From Clostridia bacterium (GTDB taxonomy: Bacteria; Bacillota; Clostridia; Oscillospirales; Acutalibacteraceae): a stretch of DNA of 64,000 nucleotides. The notes under the pieces are model-generated. The model ran no database searches. It was not told where the DNA came from and saw only the letters and a list, made by a program, of their open reading frames with translations. Position 1 is the stretch's first letter. Every line of letters starts with the position of its first letter. Both the position numbers and the translations under genes were made by a program. The stretch covers positions 6,915-70,914 of the forward strand of contig JAFWYB010000032.1 of assembly GCA_017517865.1 (NCBI GenBank). Direction: 5' to 3'. This document shows, one piece after another, positions 54,103-63,575 of the stretch.

Positions 54103-56060
54103 TATCTTACCTTTGAGCCTGCGGGAATATCGTCAACGAAAATAACCTTTACGTCTTCTTCACTGCAGTCAGCGGCAAGAATCATACCCTGACTCTCAAC
54201 ACCGCAAAGAACGGCGGGCTTGAGATTTGAAACAACAATAACGCTCTTTCCTATAAGATCCTCGGGCTTATACCATTTTGCTATGCCTGATGCAACTGTT
54301 CTCGGTGTACCTGTACCGTCGTCAAGTGTAAGTTTAAGAAGCTTCTTGGCACGCTTTACGGGCTCACAGTCGGTGATTTTAGCAACGCGAAGGTCAACCT
54401 TTGCAAAATCGTCAATGGCAATCTTTGCAACACCTTCAATTTCAGCCTTCTTCTGCTCCTGAAGAGTTTCTTCAAAACTCTTTTCCTTAGCTGCTGCCTG
54501 CTGAGCCTCAATGTCAGCCATAAACTTTTCAGCGTCAATACGTGCAAAGAGGGGAGTAGCGGTGCCTACCTTTCCGTCTGCTTTAAGAGCACCGAATTCA
54601 GCAAGGCTGTCATAGGTAGCAATATCGCAGTTAATCTGCTCAAGAATTGCCTTTGAGGTATCGGGCATAAAGGCAGAAAGAAGAACGGCAAGATATCTGA
54701 TGCCTTCAAGAAGGTTATAAAGAACGGTGCCGAGTCTTTCCTTGTTTGCCTCGTCCTTGGCAAGAGTCCAGGGAGCGGTTTCATCAATGTATTTGTTGCA
54801 GCGCTTTGCAAGGTTGATGATTGCTTCAACTGCATCGGCGATGTGGTATGTGCTCATTTTGCTGTCAACGGTCTTAACGGTTTCAAGAGCGAAAGCCTTA
54901 AGCTCTTCGTCAAGTGTATCGGGGCAGCAGGGAGCCATAACAGTGCCGTCGAAGTATTTATTTGTCATAGCAACAGTTCTGTTTACAAGGTTGCCCAGAG
55001 TGTTTGCAAGGTCGGAGTTGAATCTCTCAATAATTGTTGAATATGAGATAGAGCCGTCATTTGCATGGGGCATCTCAGAAAGAAGATAATATCTTGTTGC
55101 ATCAACGCCGATAAGCTTTGAAAGCTCGTCAGCATAGATAACATTACCCTTTGATTTGCTCATCTTATCCTCGCCGAAAAGAAGCCAGGGATGACCGTAA
55201 ACCTGCTTGGGAAGCTCCTCACCGAGAGCCATAAGCATAATGGGCCAGTAAATTGTGTGGAAGCGAACTATATCCTTGCCGATGATGTGTACATCTGCAG
55301 GCCAGTACTTCTTATACTGCTCACTGCTGCCGTCGGGGTCATAGCCCATAGCAGTGATATAGTTTGAAAGAGCGTCAATCCATACGTAGATAACGTGTCT
55401 GTCGTCAAATGAAACGGGAATACCCCATTTGAAGGAGGTTCTTGAAACACAGAGGTCCTGAAGGCCCGGCTTGATGAAGTTATTGAGCATTTCCTTTTTG
55501 CGGCTTTCGGGGTAAATGAAATTATCGTTCTTTTCGATATATTCCTCAAGCTGCTTCTGATATTTTGAAAGGCGAAGGAAATAGGCTTCCTCCTTTGCTT
55601 TTGTAACCTCTCTGCCGCAGTCGGGACACTTGCCGTCAACAAGCTGTGACTCTGTCCAGAATGATTCGCAGGGAGTACAGTAAAGACCTTCATACTCACT
55701 TTTATAGATATCATCCTGCTCATAAAGCTTTTTAAAAATCTTCTGAACAACCTTTTCATGATAATCGTCGGTTGTTCTGATAAACTTATCATAGGTGGTG
55801 TTGAGTGTGTCACAGATACCTCTTATTTCGCCTGCAACATTGTCAACATACTCCTTGGGAGAAAGACCCGCTGCCTTTGCATATTCCTCGATTTTTTGAC
55901 CGTGCTCGTCGGTACCTGTGAGGAAAAATACATCATAGCCCTGAAGTCTCTTGTATCTTGCAATAGCATCAGTGAGAACGATTTCATAGCTGTTGCCTAT
56001 ATGAGGCTTTCTGGAGGTATATGCAATAGCGGTAGTTATATAAAACTTGCCCTTATTCAT
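54102..56060 (-). CDS. metG: methionine--tRNA ligase with C-terminal tRNA-binding (Trbp111/EMAP-like) domain
   Basis: HIGH-type KPHIGNSYE and KMSKS (DKMSKSKGN). Zn knuckle CPDCG. C-terminal VAKITDCEPV...GMILAA. Confidence 0.96.
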   Translation of the reverse strand: MNKGKFYITTAIAYTSRKPHIGNSYEIVLTDAIARYKRLQGYDVFFLTGTDEHGQKIEEYAKAAGLSPKEYVDNVAGEIRGICDTLNTTYDKFIRTTDDYHEKVVQKIFKKLYEQDDIYKSEYEGLYCTPCESFWTESQLVDGKCPDCGREVTKAKEEAYFLRLSKYQKQLEEYIEKNDNFIYPESRKKEMLNNFIKPGLQDLCVSRTSFKWGIPVSFDDRHVIYVWIDALSNYITAMGYDPDGSSEQYKKYWPADVHIIGKDIVRFHTIYWPIMLMALGEELPKQVYGHPWLLFGEDKMSKSKGNVIYADELSKLIGVDATRYYLLSEMPHANDGSISYSTIIERFNSDLANTLGNLVNRTVAMTNKYFDGTVMAPCCPDTLDEELKAFALETVKTVDSKMSTYHIADAVEAIINLAKRCNKYIDETAPWTLAKDEANKERLGTVLYNLLEGIRYLAVLLSAFMPDTSKAILEQINCDIATYDSLAEFGALKADGKVGTATPLFARIDAEKFMADIEAQQAAAKEKSFEETLQEQKKAEIEGVAKIAIDDFAKVDLRVAKITDCEPVKRAKKLLKLTLDDGTGTPRTVASGIAKWYKPEDLIGKSVIVVSNLKPAVLCGVESQGMILAADCSEEDVKVIFVDDIPAGSKVR

Positions 56061-56099
56061 ATATTTTCATCTTCCTTTCAAAAGAAATTCATTCATATT

Positions 56100-56129
56100 A
56101 TTTTACCAATTTTTAATAGTATTTGTCAA
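56100..56129 (-). promoter_or_regulatory. sigma-A type promoter of metG-tatD (TTGACA-18-TAAAAT on minus strand)
   Basis: Reverse complement of 56124-56129 is TTGACA and of 56100-56105 is TAAAAT, with an 18-nt spacer. No T-box between it and metG. Confidence 0.4.
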
Positions 56130-56151
56130 TAGAAATTGAATAAACACAGAC

Positions 56152-56186
56152 AGAAAAATCCCGCCGACTCATTGTATCGGCGGGGG
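56152..56186 (-). terminator. rho-independent terminator of the M28 peptidase gene
   Basis: Stem CCCGCCGA/TCGGCGGG (56160-56167/56177-56184). U-run on the minus strand from the GAAAAAT at 56153-56159. Confidence 0.8.
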
Positions 56187-56191
56187 TATTT

Positions 56192-57430
56192 TTAATATTC
56201 GTCGGTAAGACCCTTTTCGTCGTAGATGAAGAGAGCGTTGAGTGCAATTTCAAGGCACTTTTCAACTGTCTTCATATCCATATTATCAGCCGTGTCACCT
56301 CTTGTGTGGTAATATCTCGGGGGACCCGGGTTCATAGCTGCAAGTGTAACCGCGGGAATACCTGCCTGCTGAACTGCGGCAGCGTCGGAAGATCCGAGAT
56401 AAACTGATGAGTAGGGAAGATCAAGACCTGCATCAAGACCTGCTCTCTTGAGAAGCTTACATACTCTGCCGTCCATCTTGACTGTACCTGTCATATCGCG
56501 CTGATAAATAGCAATATCGTCATAATCTCTGAAGGTTTCAAGACCGATGAAAATTGTGGGAACATCCTTGAATTCTTCTTTATGAGCCTTACAGAAGGCC
56601 TTTGAGCCTCTGAGACCTGATTCCTCAGCACCGGCTGAAAGAGCAATAACCTCAGTGTGTTCAAAGTCGATGTTGTTATCCTTGAGATACTTAAGAATTG
56701 CAACCGAGCCGATTGCACCGGTAAGATTATCGTTAGCACCTTCAACACAGATTCTGAAGTTAACGAAGCCAATTGCAAGAATACCGCCGGGAATGCCGAT
56801 AAACTGACCGTAATGGAAGATGTTGTAAATTGTTGTGCCCTCTTCGAGTACACCGAAGGTGTTGAGTGCTGATGAAATAAGAACAAAGAAGAGAGAAACA
56901 ACAGCAAAGACGCCGCAGATGTAAAGAAGAATGTGACCGCCAAGATGAGTATAGGTCCACTCGTAGGATGAATCAACGTGACCGCTGAAAATGATTCTCT
57001 GCTTTAACTCGCCGGTAGCTTTTTTGACACCGTATGTATTGTGAGAGGTCTTTTTCGGAACGAGACCGTCGATGAACTGCTTGTAAAGAAGGAACTCACC
57101 AATCATAAAGATAATGGCAAAAATGCCGAGTGCGAGACCGATATAGGGCAGACCGAAAAAGTTAAGAAGGCAGCTAAGTATAACAAGAATACCGTCAACG
57201 GTAATCCAGCTCATAAATGCCTTGGGGGCAAGCTTGAAGGGTTCGATTTTTACTTCGTCTGCGCAGGTTTTAAGCTCTTCTGCTATATGCTCCTGAGCTT
57301 GCTTTTCAGGCTCATAGCCTGCCGGTCTGGGACCGATTGTTTTACAGATTTTTTTGATTTCTCTGACAGTATAGTTTGTGTACATTCTGACAGAGGCAGC
57401 ATAATTTTTTACGCTTTCTTCAGCTTTCAA
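56192..57430 (-). CDS. membrane-associated M28 family metallopeptidase
   Basis: TTG start 5 nt after GGAGAG (an ATG 15 codons downstream is the alternative). Internal TM segments. Metal/catalytic motifs GHVDS, NDNLTGA, AGAEESGLRGS. Confidence 0.75.
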   Translation of the reverse strand: MKAEESVKNYAASVRMYTNYTVREIKKICKTIGPRPAGYEPEKQAQEHIAEELKTCADEVKIEPFKLAPKAFMSWITVDGILVILSCLLNFFGLPYIGLALGIFAIIFMIGEFLLYKQFIDGLVPKKTSHNTYGVKKATGELKQRIIFSGHVDSSYEWTYTHLGGHILLYICGVFAVVSLFFVLISSALNTFGVLEEGTTIYNIFHYGQFIGIPGGILAIGFVNFRICVEGANDNLTGAIGSVAILKYLKDNNIDFEHTEVIALSAGAEESGLRGSKAFCKAHKEEFKDVPTIFIGLETFRDYDDIAIYQRDMTGTVKMDGRVCKLLKRAGLDAGLDLPYSSVYLGSSDAAAVQQAGIPAVTLAAMNPGPPRYYHTRGDTADNMDMKTVEKCLEIALNALFIYDEKGLTDEY

Positions 57431-57774
57431 AATTATCTCTCCTTTTGCATTTTGATCATAATTCCGTAATAATTACGAAAATGTTGTTAGTATATTATCA
57501 TTAATTTGTATGTTTGTCGATAGTTTTTATGGAATGTAAATAAATAATTTACAAATTATAAATAAATCTAAGATTAACTTGTTCAAAATGAGAAAATCGA
57601 CAGTTAAAACATAAGTGTATAATAAGGTGGTGCACATTTAATGATGTGAACATTTTAACAAATACTGCTATACATATATAACAGTCGATTGACAATTTCT
57701 TTTTCGTGTGTTAACATAGCAGTAGTATATAAAAAGCCCAGACTAAATTTTATCAGCGATCGGAGGAAAATGAT

Positions 57775-58779
57775 ATGAAAACAATTGTTGTCGGTGCAGG
57801 TGCTATCGGCGGTACCGTTGCTGTGCTTCTCAAGGAAGCCGGATACGATGTAAGAATTATGTGTCACAGCAACGAAACAAGAAAGCTTATCGAAGAGGAC
57901 GGCTTCTTTCTTAACGGTGCAAAGGGTGAACACAGGGTTGATTTCATATGCTACGGTGATGTAAGTGAGTTCGGCGAAGAAAAATTTGATATAGTTATCA
58001 TTGCAACAAAATATGCCCATATGGCAGAGTGCGCAAAAATGATGCTTCCCTATATTGCCGAAAACGGACTCGTTGTAGGTATGCAGAACGGTCTTCTCAC
58101 CGACGAGCTCGGCGCAATCGTCGGCAGAGAAAGAGCAGTGGGCTGTATGATCGGCTTCGGTGCAACAAGAAACGGGCCTAACGACGTTACAATGACAAGC
58201 AAGGGTGAGTTTTTTATCGGTATGCTTGACGGTCGCACAACAAGAACCCTTGAGGTCTTTGCTGAAATGCTCAAGAGCGTGCTTCCTACACAGATTACCC
58301 GTGAAATCAAGCGCAGACAGTATTCAAAGCTTATCATCAACTCTTGTATTAACGCTGTTGCAGGTATTACGGGTAAGACCCTCGGAGAAATCCTGAAAGA
58401 CGGCAGAGCGAGAGATCTTTTCCTCAGCATCGCAAGAGAGGGTATGGCTGTTGCCAAGGCTATGAAGATAAATGTACCCAAATACGGTGCTGTGCTTGAA
58501 TACAGGATGCTTGCTCTGAGTAACAACAGCATATACAACAAAGGCTGCAAGCTTGTTGTAATGATGGTCGGCAAGCTTTATTCAGACGTTAAGCCCTCGA
58601 CTCTTCAGTCGCTTGAAAAGGGTGAAAAGACAGAAATAGATATTCTCAACGGTTATTTTGTTCAGATGGGTGAAAAATACGGTGTTGAAACACCCGTAAA
58701 CACAAAGCTTGTGCAGATGATTCATGAAATCGAAGATGGCAAGAGAGAAATGAGCTCAGATAATCTTGCAGAGTTCTGA
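57775..58779 (+). CDS. 2-dehydropantoate 2-reductase family (ApbA/PanE) oxidoreductase
   Basis: N-terminal VGAGAIGG Rossmann motif. ApbA C-terminal domain with STLQSLEKGEKTEID. Confidence 0.8.
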   Translation: MKTIVVGAGAIGGTVAVLLKEAGYDVRIMCHSNETRKLIEEDGFFLNGAKGEHRVDFICYGDVSEFGEEKFDIVIIATKYAHMAECAKMMLPYIAENGLVVGMQNGLLTDELGAIVGRERAVGCMIGFGATRNGPNDVTMTSKGEFFIGMLDGRTTRTLEVFAEMLKSVLPTQITREIKRRQYSKLIINSCINAVAGITGKTLGEILKDGRARDLFLSIAREGMAVAKAMKINVPKYGAVLEYRMLALSNNSIYNKGCKLVVMMVGKLYSDVKPSTLQSLEKGEKTEIDILNGYFVQMGEKYGVETPVNTKLVQMIHEIEDGKREMSSDNLAEF

Positions 58780-58793
58780 TAAATTAAATAATG

Positions 58794-58827
58794 AGCCCGT
58801 TGTGCTTGCACAACGGGCTTCTTTTTT
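58794..58827. terminator. bidirectional terminator between convergent genes
   Basis: Stem AGCCCGTTGTGC/GCACAACGGGCT (58794-58805/58808-58819) then TCTTTTTT. Confidence 0.75.
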
Positions 58828-60307
58828 ATTGCTTGCTTTTTGTGATATCAAACCAGAATTCTACGCCGTTTTCCTTGTTCTGCACACCGTATTTTCTGCC
58901 GTGAAGGTCCTGAAGTGTAGCGACGATTGAAAGACCAAGACCGAAACGGCCTTCGTTTCTGCTGTGAGCCTTGTCCGCCCTGTAAAAGCTCTGCCAGATA
59001 TTATTTATGTCGCTTCCCGGTATGGGCTTGCCGGTGTTGAAGACGGTAACACGGTAGATGTCATCTTTTTCGCAGACCGAAACGATAATTTTTCTTTCAA
59101 AATCGAGATGGGAAAGGGCATTGGTCAGATAATTGATAAAAACGTGCCTCAGAAGGCCTCTGTCGCCGTGCCCGATGAGGTTGCAGTCAACATCAAAAGC
59201 TATTGTGGCCTTCGCCTTGGAAATAAGAAGCTCGTTTGATACCAGACATTCCTCAAGAAACTCAGCGATGTTGAAATCTGACATCTTGGCTTCATATATA
59301 CCTGAGCCGTATTGCATATATTCCATAATTCTGACAACGAGATTGTTCATTTTCTGCGATTCTTCTATTATAATATCGCAGTATTCGGCCTTGTTTTCGC
59401 AGCCAATGCCGTATTTGAGCCCTTCGGCATAGCCTTGAATAATGGAAATGGGCGTTTTGAGCTCATGTGAAACATTGGCAATAAAGCTTCGTCTTTTCTT
59501 CTCGAGCTTTCTTTCAAACTGAATGTCGCTTTCGAGCTGTCGGTTCTCACTTTTAAGAGTATCAAGAGCGTTGTTGAGCTTTGATGAAAGCAGATTGATG
59601 TTTTCACTCAGCTCATTAAGCTCCTTAATTCTGAAGCGGGGACAGCTTTCGGTAAAATCGAGAGCAGCAATTTTCTTTGTGGTTTTTGTAATCTGTCTTA
59701 TCGGGTTTGTGAAAAGGGTGGAATAATAGGCAGTCACCATAAGAATTGCAACAAGGATAAACATACTCATTACAAGAAGAGCGTGTGATGCCGTTATGGC
59801 GTTTTCTCTGATAACGTCTCTTGAGCTGTAAATCTCAATAACCGAATCCGTGTTATACACCATACCGTAAACCAGGTATTCAGCCGTTGCGAAGTATTCC
59901 TGTCGGGTTTCGAAATAGCTGCCGTCCTCAAGCTCTCTGTGCGAGAGAATTCTCATTATTCGGGGTTTGAGCTCTATTGTATTTTCGTCTTCGGTTTTGT
60001 CATAGGCCGTTTCGTTGCTTCTTGTGGTGTATATGAGGGTATCTTTCGGAGAGTAAATTTCAATGTAAAGGTTGTGGTCTGACTCCAGATCTGCAAGGGT
60101 GGCAAGAGTGTTTTTTTCAGAAATGTCGAGAGTCGATATTTTATCGGCTACATCCTGCATATTGTTCATTTTAGTAATGAGAAATATATCGTCCATATAG
60201 AAATACTGTATAACTGAAAAAACAGCAAGGCAGACACATATGCAGGCTATACTGATAAGAGAATAGCGTCTTTTAAGGGTATGAATTTTTTTGTCGGGGC
60301 GTTTCAT
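58826..60307 (-). CDS. two-component sensor histidine kinase
   Basis: Two TM segments flanking an extracytoplasmic domain of about 140 aa. HAMP-like region. H-box SHELKTP. HATPase_c with GLGLSIV. Confidence 0.88.
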   Translation of the reverse strand: MKRPDKKIHTLKRRYSLISIACICVCLAVFSVIQYFYMDDIFLITKMNNMQDVADKISTLDISEKNTLATLADLESDHNLYIEIYSPKDTLIYTTRSNETAYDKTEDENTIELKPRIMRILSHRELEDGSYFETRQEYFATAEYLVYGMVYNTDSVIEIYSSRDVIRENAITASHALLVMSMFILVAILMVTAYYSTLFTNPIRQITKTTKKIAALDFTESCPRFRIKELNELSENINLLSSKLNNALDTLKSENRQLESDIQFERKLEKKRRSFIANVSHELKTPISIIQGYAEGLKYGIGCENKAEYCDIIIEESQKMNNLVVRIMEYMQYGSGIYEAKMSDFNIAEFLEECLVSNELLISKAKATIAFDVDCNLIGHGDRGLLRHVFINYLTNALSHLDFERKIIVSVCEKDDIYRVTVFNTGKPIPGSDINNIWQSFYRADKAHSRNEGRFGLGLSIVATLQDLHGRKYGVQNKENGVEFWFDITKSKQ

Positions 60308-60308
60308 A

Positions 60309-60986
60309 TTATTCCTCTATTTTATAGCCGATGCCGTAAACAGTTTTAAGATGAGAGTTGCCCCAGTCGCCGAGCTTGGTTCTGAGCCTTGCAACGTGTG
60401 AATCAACGGTGCGGATATCACCGGAATAGTCATAACCCCAGATGCTGTCAAGAAGCTGTTCTCTTGAAAAAACTCTGCCGGGAGCCTCTAAAAACTTTTT
60501 AAGAATATTATATTCCTTGAGTGTGAGGTCAACCTCCTTGCCGTTAAGGCGTACTTCGTGTGCATCATCGTTGAAAACAAGCTCGTTGAGCTGCTTTTCG
60601 TTGCCCTGGTTTGCAGAGCCGCCTGCTCTTCTGAGAAGAGCCTCCACTCTTTTTACAAGAACCGTGGGGCTGAAGGGCTTTGTAACATAGTCGTCAGCAC
60701 CCGATTCATAGCCTGTAAGCTCATCAAATTCCTGACTCCTTGCAGTGAGCATAATAACGGGCACGTTGGAGGTTTCTCTTATCTTTCTGCATACCTCCCA
60801 GCCGTTAAGTCCGGGCATCATAATATCAAGAATGATAAGACTTACGGTCGATTTGTTTTCTTCAAAAAGGTGGTAGGCATGGTCACCGTCTTCAGCTTCA
60901 AGAACCTCATAACCGAACCTTACAAGAAATTCCGAAACAAGCTTACGTATTCTGAGTTCATCGTCGGCAACAATAATTCTGTTCAT
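60309..60986 (-). CDS. OmpR/PhoB-family response regulator
   Basis: Receiver domain with DD...LDIMMPGLNG...K. Winged-helix C-terminus (TVDSHVARLRTKL...YGIGYK). Confidence 0.92.
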   Translation of the reverse strand: MNRIIVADDELRIRKLVSEFLVRFGYEVLEAEDGDHAYHLFEENKSTVSLIILDIMMPGLNGWEVCRKIRETSNVPVIMLTARSQEFDELTGYESGADDYVTKPFSPTVLVKRVEALLRRAGGSANQGNEKQLNELVFNDDAHEVRLNGKEVDLTLKEYNILKKFLEAPGRVFSREQLLDSIWGYDYSGDIRTVDSHVARLRTKLGDWGNSHLKTVYGIGYKIEE

Positions 60987-61126
60987 ATAATCACCTCTAA
61001 GTCAAATGTTATTAAACAGATAATAACATATTTTTTTGTTATATACAAGTCGAAGTGTTGAGAAAATATTAACAATTTATTTATATTTGAAGCCCGTTGC
61101 ATCTGCGGCGGATATTACGTTTGATA

Positions 61127-61155
61127 TTGACACTTGTAAAGATATGGTATAAAAT
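61127..61155 (+). promoter_or_regulatory. sigma-A type promoter of the GH36 gene (TTGACA-17-TAAAAT)
   Basis: TTGACA 61127-61132, 17-nt spacer, TAAAAT 61150-61155. Flanked by TAAAGATAT direct repeats at 61137 and 61158. Confidence 0.5.
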
Positions 61156-61217
61156 GTTAAAGATATACTGTGCCTTGCAGTAAATAAAAGGCTCTTACGG
61201 GCAGAACGGAGAAAAAA

Positions 61218-63563
61218 ATGATTTACACCAACAGTAACAACGTTTTTCATCTGCAGACGAAAAAGACGAGCTATGTTTTCAGGGCTCTTCCCACAGGACA
61301 GCTTGAAAGTATGTACTACGGCAGAAAAATAAGAAATACCGACGATTTTACCTTCATTTACGATAAGCACGCGTCAGGCTATTCAAACGGAACAAACTAT
61401 ACGCAGGACGACAAGCTTTCACTTGACCATATCGCACTTGAATATTCGGCATACGGTAAGGGAGATTACAGACTTCCCGCCATGCAGCTTACATCGCACG
61501 ACGATGTTTTTACAACAGACTTCAAGTTCAGGAGTGCAGCAGTTACAAAGGTTAAGCCCGTTCTTAACGGCCTTCCTTCAAGCTACGGTGAAAGTGAAAC
61601 CCTTACCGTTGTAACAGAGGACAAGGTTCTCGGTGCAGAGCTTCATCTCATTTATACCGTTTTTGAAGATTGCAACGTAATTACAAGAAGCACAAGGCTC
61701 ATAAACAAGAGCAAGGAAACAATAAAAATTCACAGTCTTATGAGTATGCAGCTCGACCTTCAGAGGGGCAATTACGTAATGCTCACCTTTGACGGTGCAT
61801 GGGTAAGAGAAAGATATAAGAATGAGCACAGACTCACATCGGGCGTATGCTCAGTAGGCTCAATTGCAGGATATTCCTCAAACAGACACAACCCCTTCTT
61901 TGCAATCAGAGAAGAGGAATGCACAGAGCATAACGGTAATTGCTACGGCTTCAATCTCGTATATTCGGGTAACCATATTGCAAGAACCGAAATCGGAACC
62001 CACGGTCTTCTCAGAATTCAGAACGGTATCAACCCCTTTGAATTTGAGTGGCACCTTAAGGCGGGAGAAACCTTCGACACACCCGAAAGCGTAATGACCT
62101 TCAGCCATGAGGGCCTTAACGGTATGAGTCAGAATATGCACCTTTTCGTTAAGGAGCACATCGTAAGAGGCTATTGGAAGGACAGAGAGCGCCCCATCCT
62201 TGTAAACAACTGGGAGGCAACAACCTTCAGCTTCAACGAAAAGAAGATTCTTGACATCGCAGCCGCTACTAAGGAAATCGGCGGCGAAATGTTCGTTCTT
62301 GATGACGGCTGGTTCGGCAAGAGAAACAACGACAAGGCAGGTCTCGGCGACTGGTACGTAAACAAGAAGAAGCTCCCGGGCGGCATTGACGGCCTTGCAA
62401 AGAAGGTCAACGATATGGGCCTCAAGTTCGGTCTCTGGGTCGAGCCTGAAATGGTCAACCCCGACAGTGACCTTTACAGAGCACATCCGGACTGGGCTAT
62501 GACAACAGATAAATACACTCCCTCGCTGGGAAGAAATCAGCTTACCCTTGACCTTACAAGGGATGATGTTGTTGAGCATATCATCAACACAATGACAGAC
62601 GTATTCCGCTACGGCAATATCTCATACATCAAGTGGGATAATAACCGTCAGTTCTCGGATGTATTCTCAAGACGCAAGGATGCCAAGAGTGGTGAATACT
62701 TCCACAGATACATTCTCGGCCTTTACAAAATCTGGGATTCACTTACTAATAAGTTCCCCGAAATTCTCTTTGAAGCCTGCTCAAGCGGCGGTAACAGATT
62801 TGACCTTGCAACCTTCTGTTATATGCCTCAGTGCTGGACGAGCGACAACACGGATCCCCTTGACAGAATGTATATTCAGACAGGTACCTCCTACGGCTAT
62901 CCTCAGTCTGTTATGACTATGCACGTTGCGGCTGCATATTCTTTTGCAAACTTCAGACATTCAACAGTTGAGCATCGCTTCAACGTTTCAGCCTTCGGCC
63001 TTTTAGGCTACGAGCTTGACGTAACAATGCTTTCAAAGCAGGATAAGGCCTGTGTTAAGAAGCAGATAGAATATTACAAAAAGCACCGCAGACTCCTTCA
63101 ATTCGGTGAATTTTCAAGAATCGGCGATATATTCAAGGATGACAGAGCAATGTGGCAGATTACAGCCGCAGATAAAAGCGAGGCAATGTACGGCTACTTT
63201 GTAAACAGAGTAATGCCTAACTGGGGCAATGACGTAATTAAGATGGTTAACCTTGATGAAGATGCAACCTATCATCTTTGCGTACGTCCTCAGCTTCTTC
63301 CGCTCAAGAAGTTCGGTGATATTATCAACGTACCCCTGCCAAAGAAGCTGGACGTTGAAGACGGAAAGCTCTTTGATTTCCTTTGCGACACAATCAAAAT
63401 CAGAAACGAAAAGGAAGAATACACAATCGGCGGCGATATGCTTATGAATTCAGGCTTCAAGGCAAAGCAGCTGTTTAATTACAGCGGCTTCAATTTCAGC
63501 GACAGCCGAATTATTCTTGATAACGATTCAAGAATTTACTATCTTGAAAAAACACAGGACTGA
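61218..63563 (+). CDS. GH36 family alpha-galactosidase (or related alpha-N-acetylgalactosaminidase)
   Basis: 781 aa. Catalytic-region motifs FVLDDGWFGKRN and KWDNNR..CSSGGNRFD typical of GH36 AgaA-like enzymes. Confidence 0.85.
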   Translation: MIYTNSNNVFHLQTKKTSYVFRALPTGQLESMYYGRKIRNTDDFTFIYDKHASGYSNGTNYTQDDKLSLDHIALEYSAYGKGDYRLPAMQLTSHDDVFTTDFKFRSAAVTKVKPVLNGLPSSYGESETLTVVTEDKVLGAELHLIYTVFEDCNVITRSTRLINKSKETIKIHSLMSMQLDLQRGNYVMLTFDGAWVRERYKNEHRLTSGVCSVGSIAGYSSNRHNPFFAIREEECTEHNGNCYGFNLVYSGNHIARTEIGTHGLLRIQNGINPFEFEWHLKAGETFDTPESVMTFSHEGLNGMSQNMHLFVKEHIVRGYWKDRERPILVNNWEATTFSFNEKKILDIAAATKEIGGEMFVLDDGWFGKRNNDKAGLGDWYVNKKKLPGGIDGLAKKVNDMGLKFGLWVEPEMVNPDSDLYRAHPDWAMTTDKYTPSLGRNQLTLDLTRDDVVEHIINTMTDVFRYGNISYIKWDNNRQFSDVFSRRKDAKSGEYFHRYILGLYKIWDSLTNKFPEILFEACSSGGNRFDLATFCYMPQCWTSDNTDPLDRMYIQTGTSYGYPQSVMTMHVAAAYSFANFRHSTVEHRFNVSAFGLLGYELDVTMLSKQDKACVKKQIEYYKKHRRLLQFGEFSRIGDIFKDDRAMWQITAADKSEAMYGYFVNRVMPNWGNDVIKMVNLDEDATYHLCVRPQLLPLKKFGDIINVPLPKKLDVEDGKLFDFLCDTIKIRNEKEEYTIGGDMLMNSGFKAKQLFNYSGFNFSDSRIILDNDSRIYYLEKTQD

Positions 63564-63575
63564 GGTTAAAACCGG

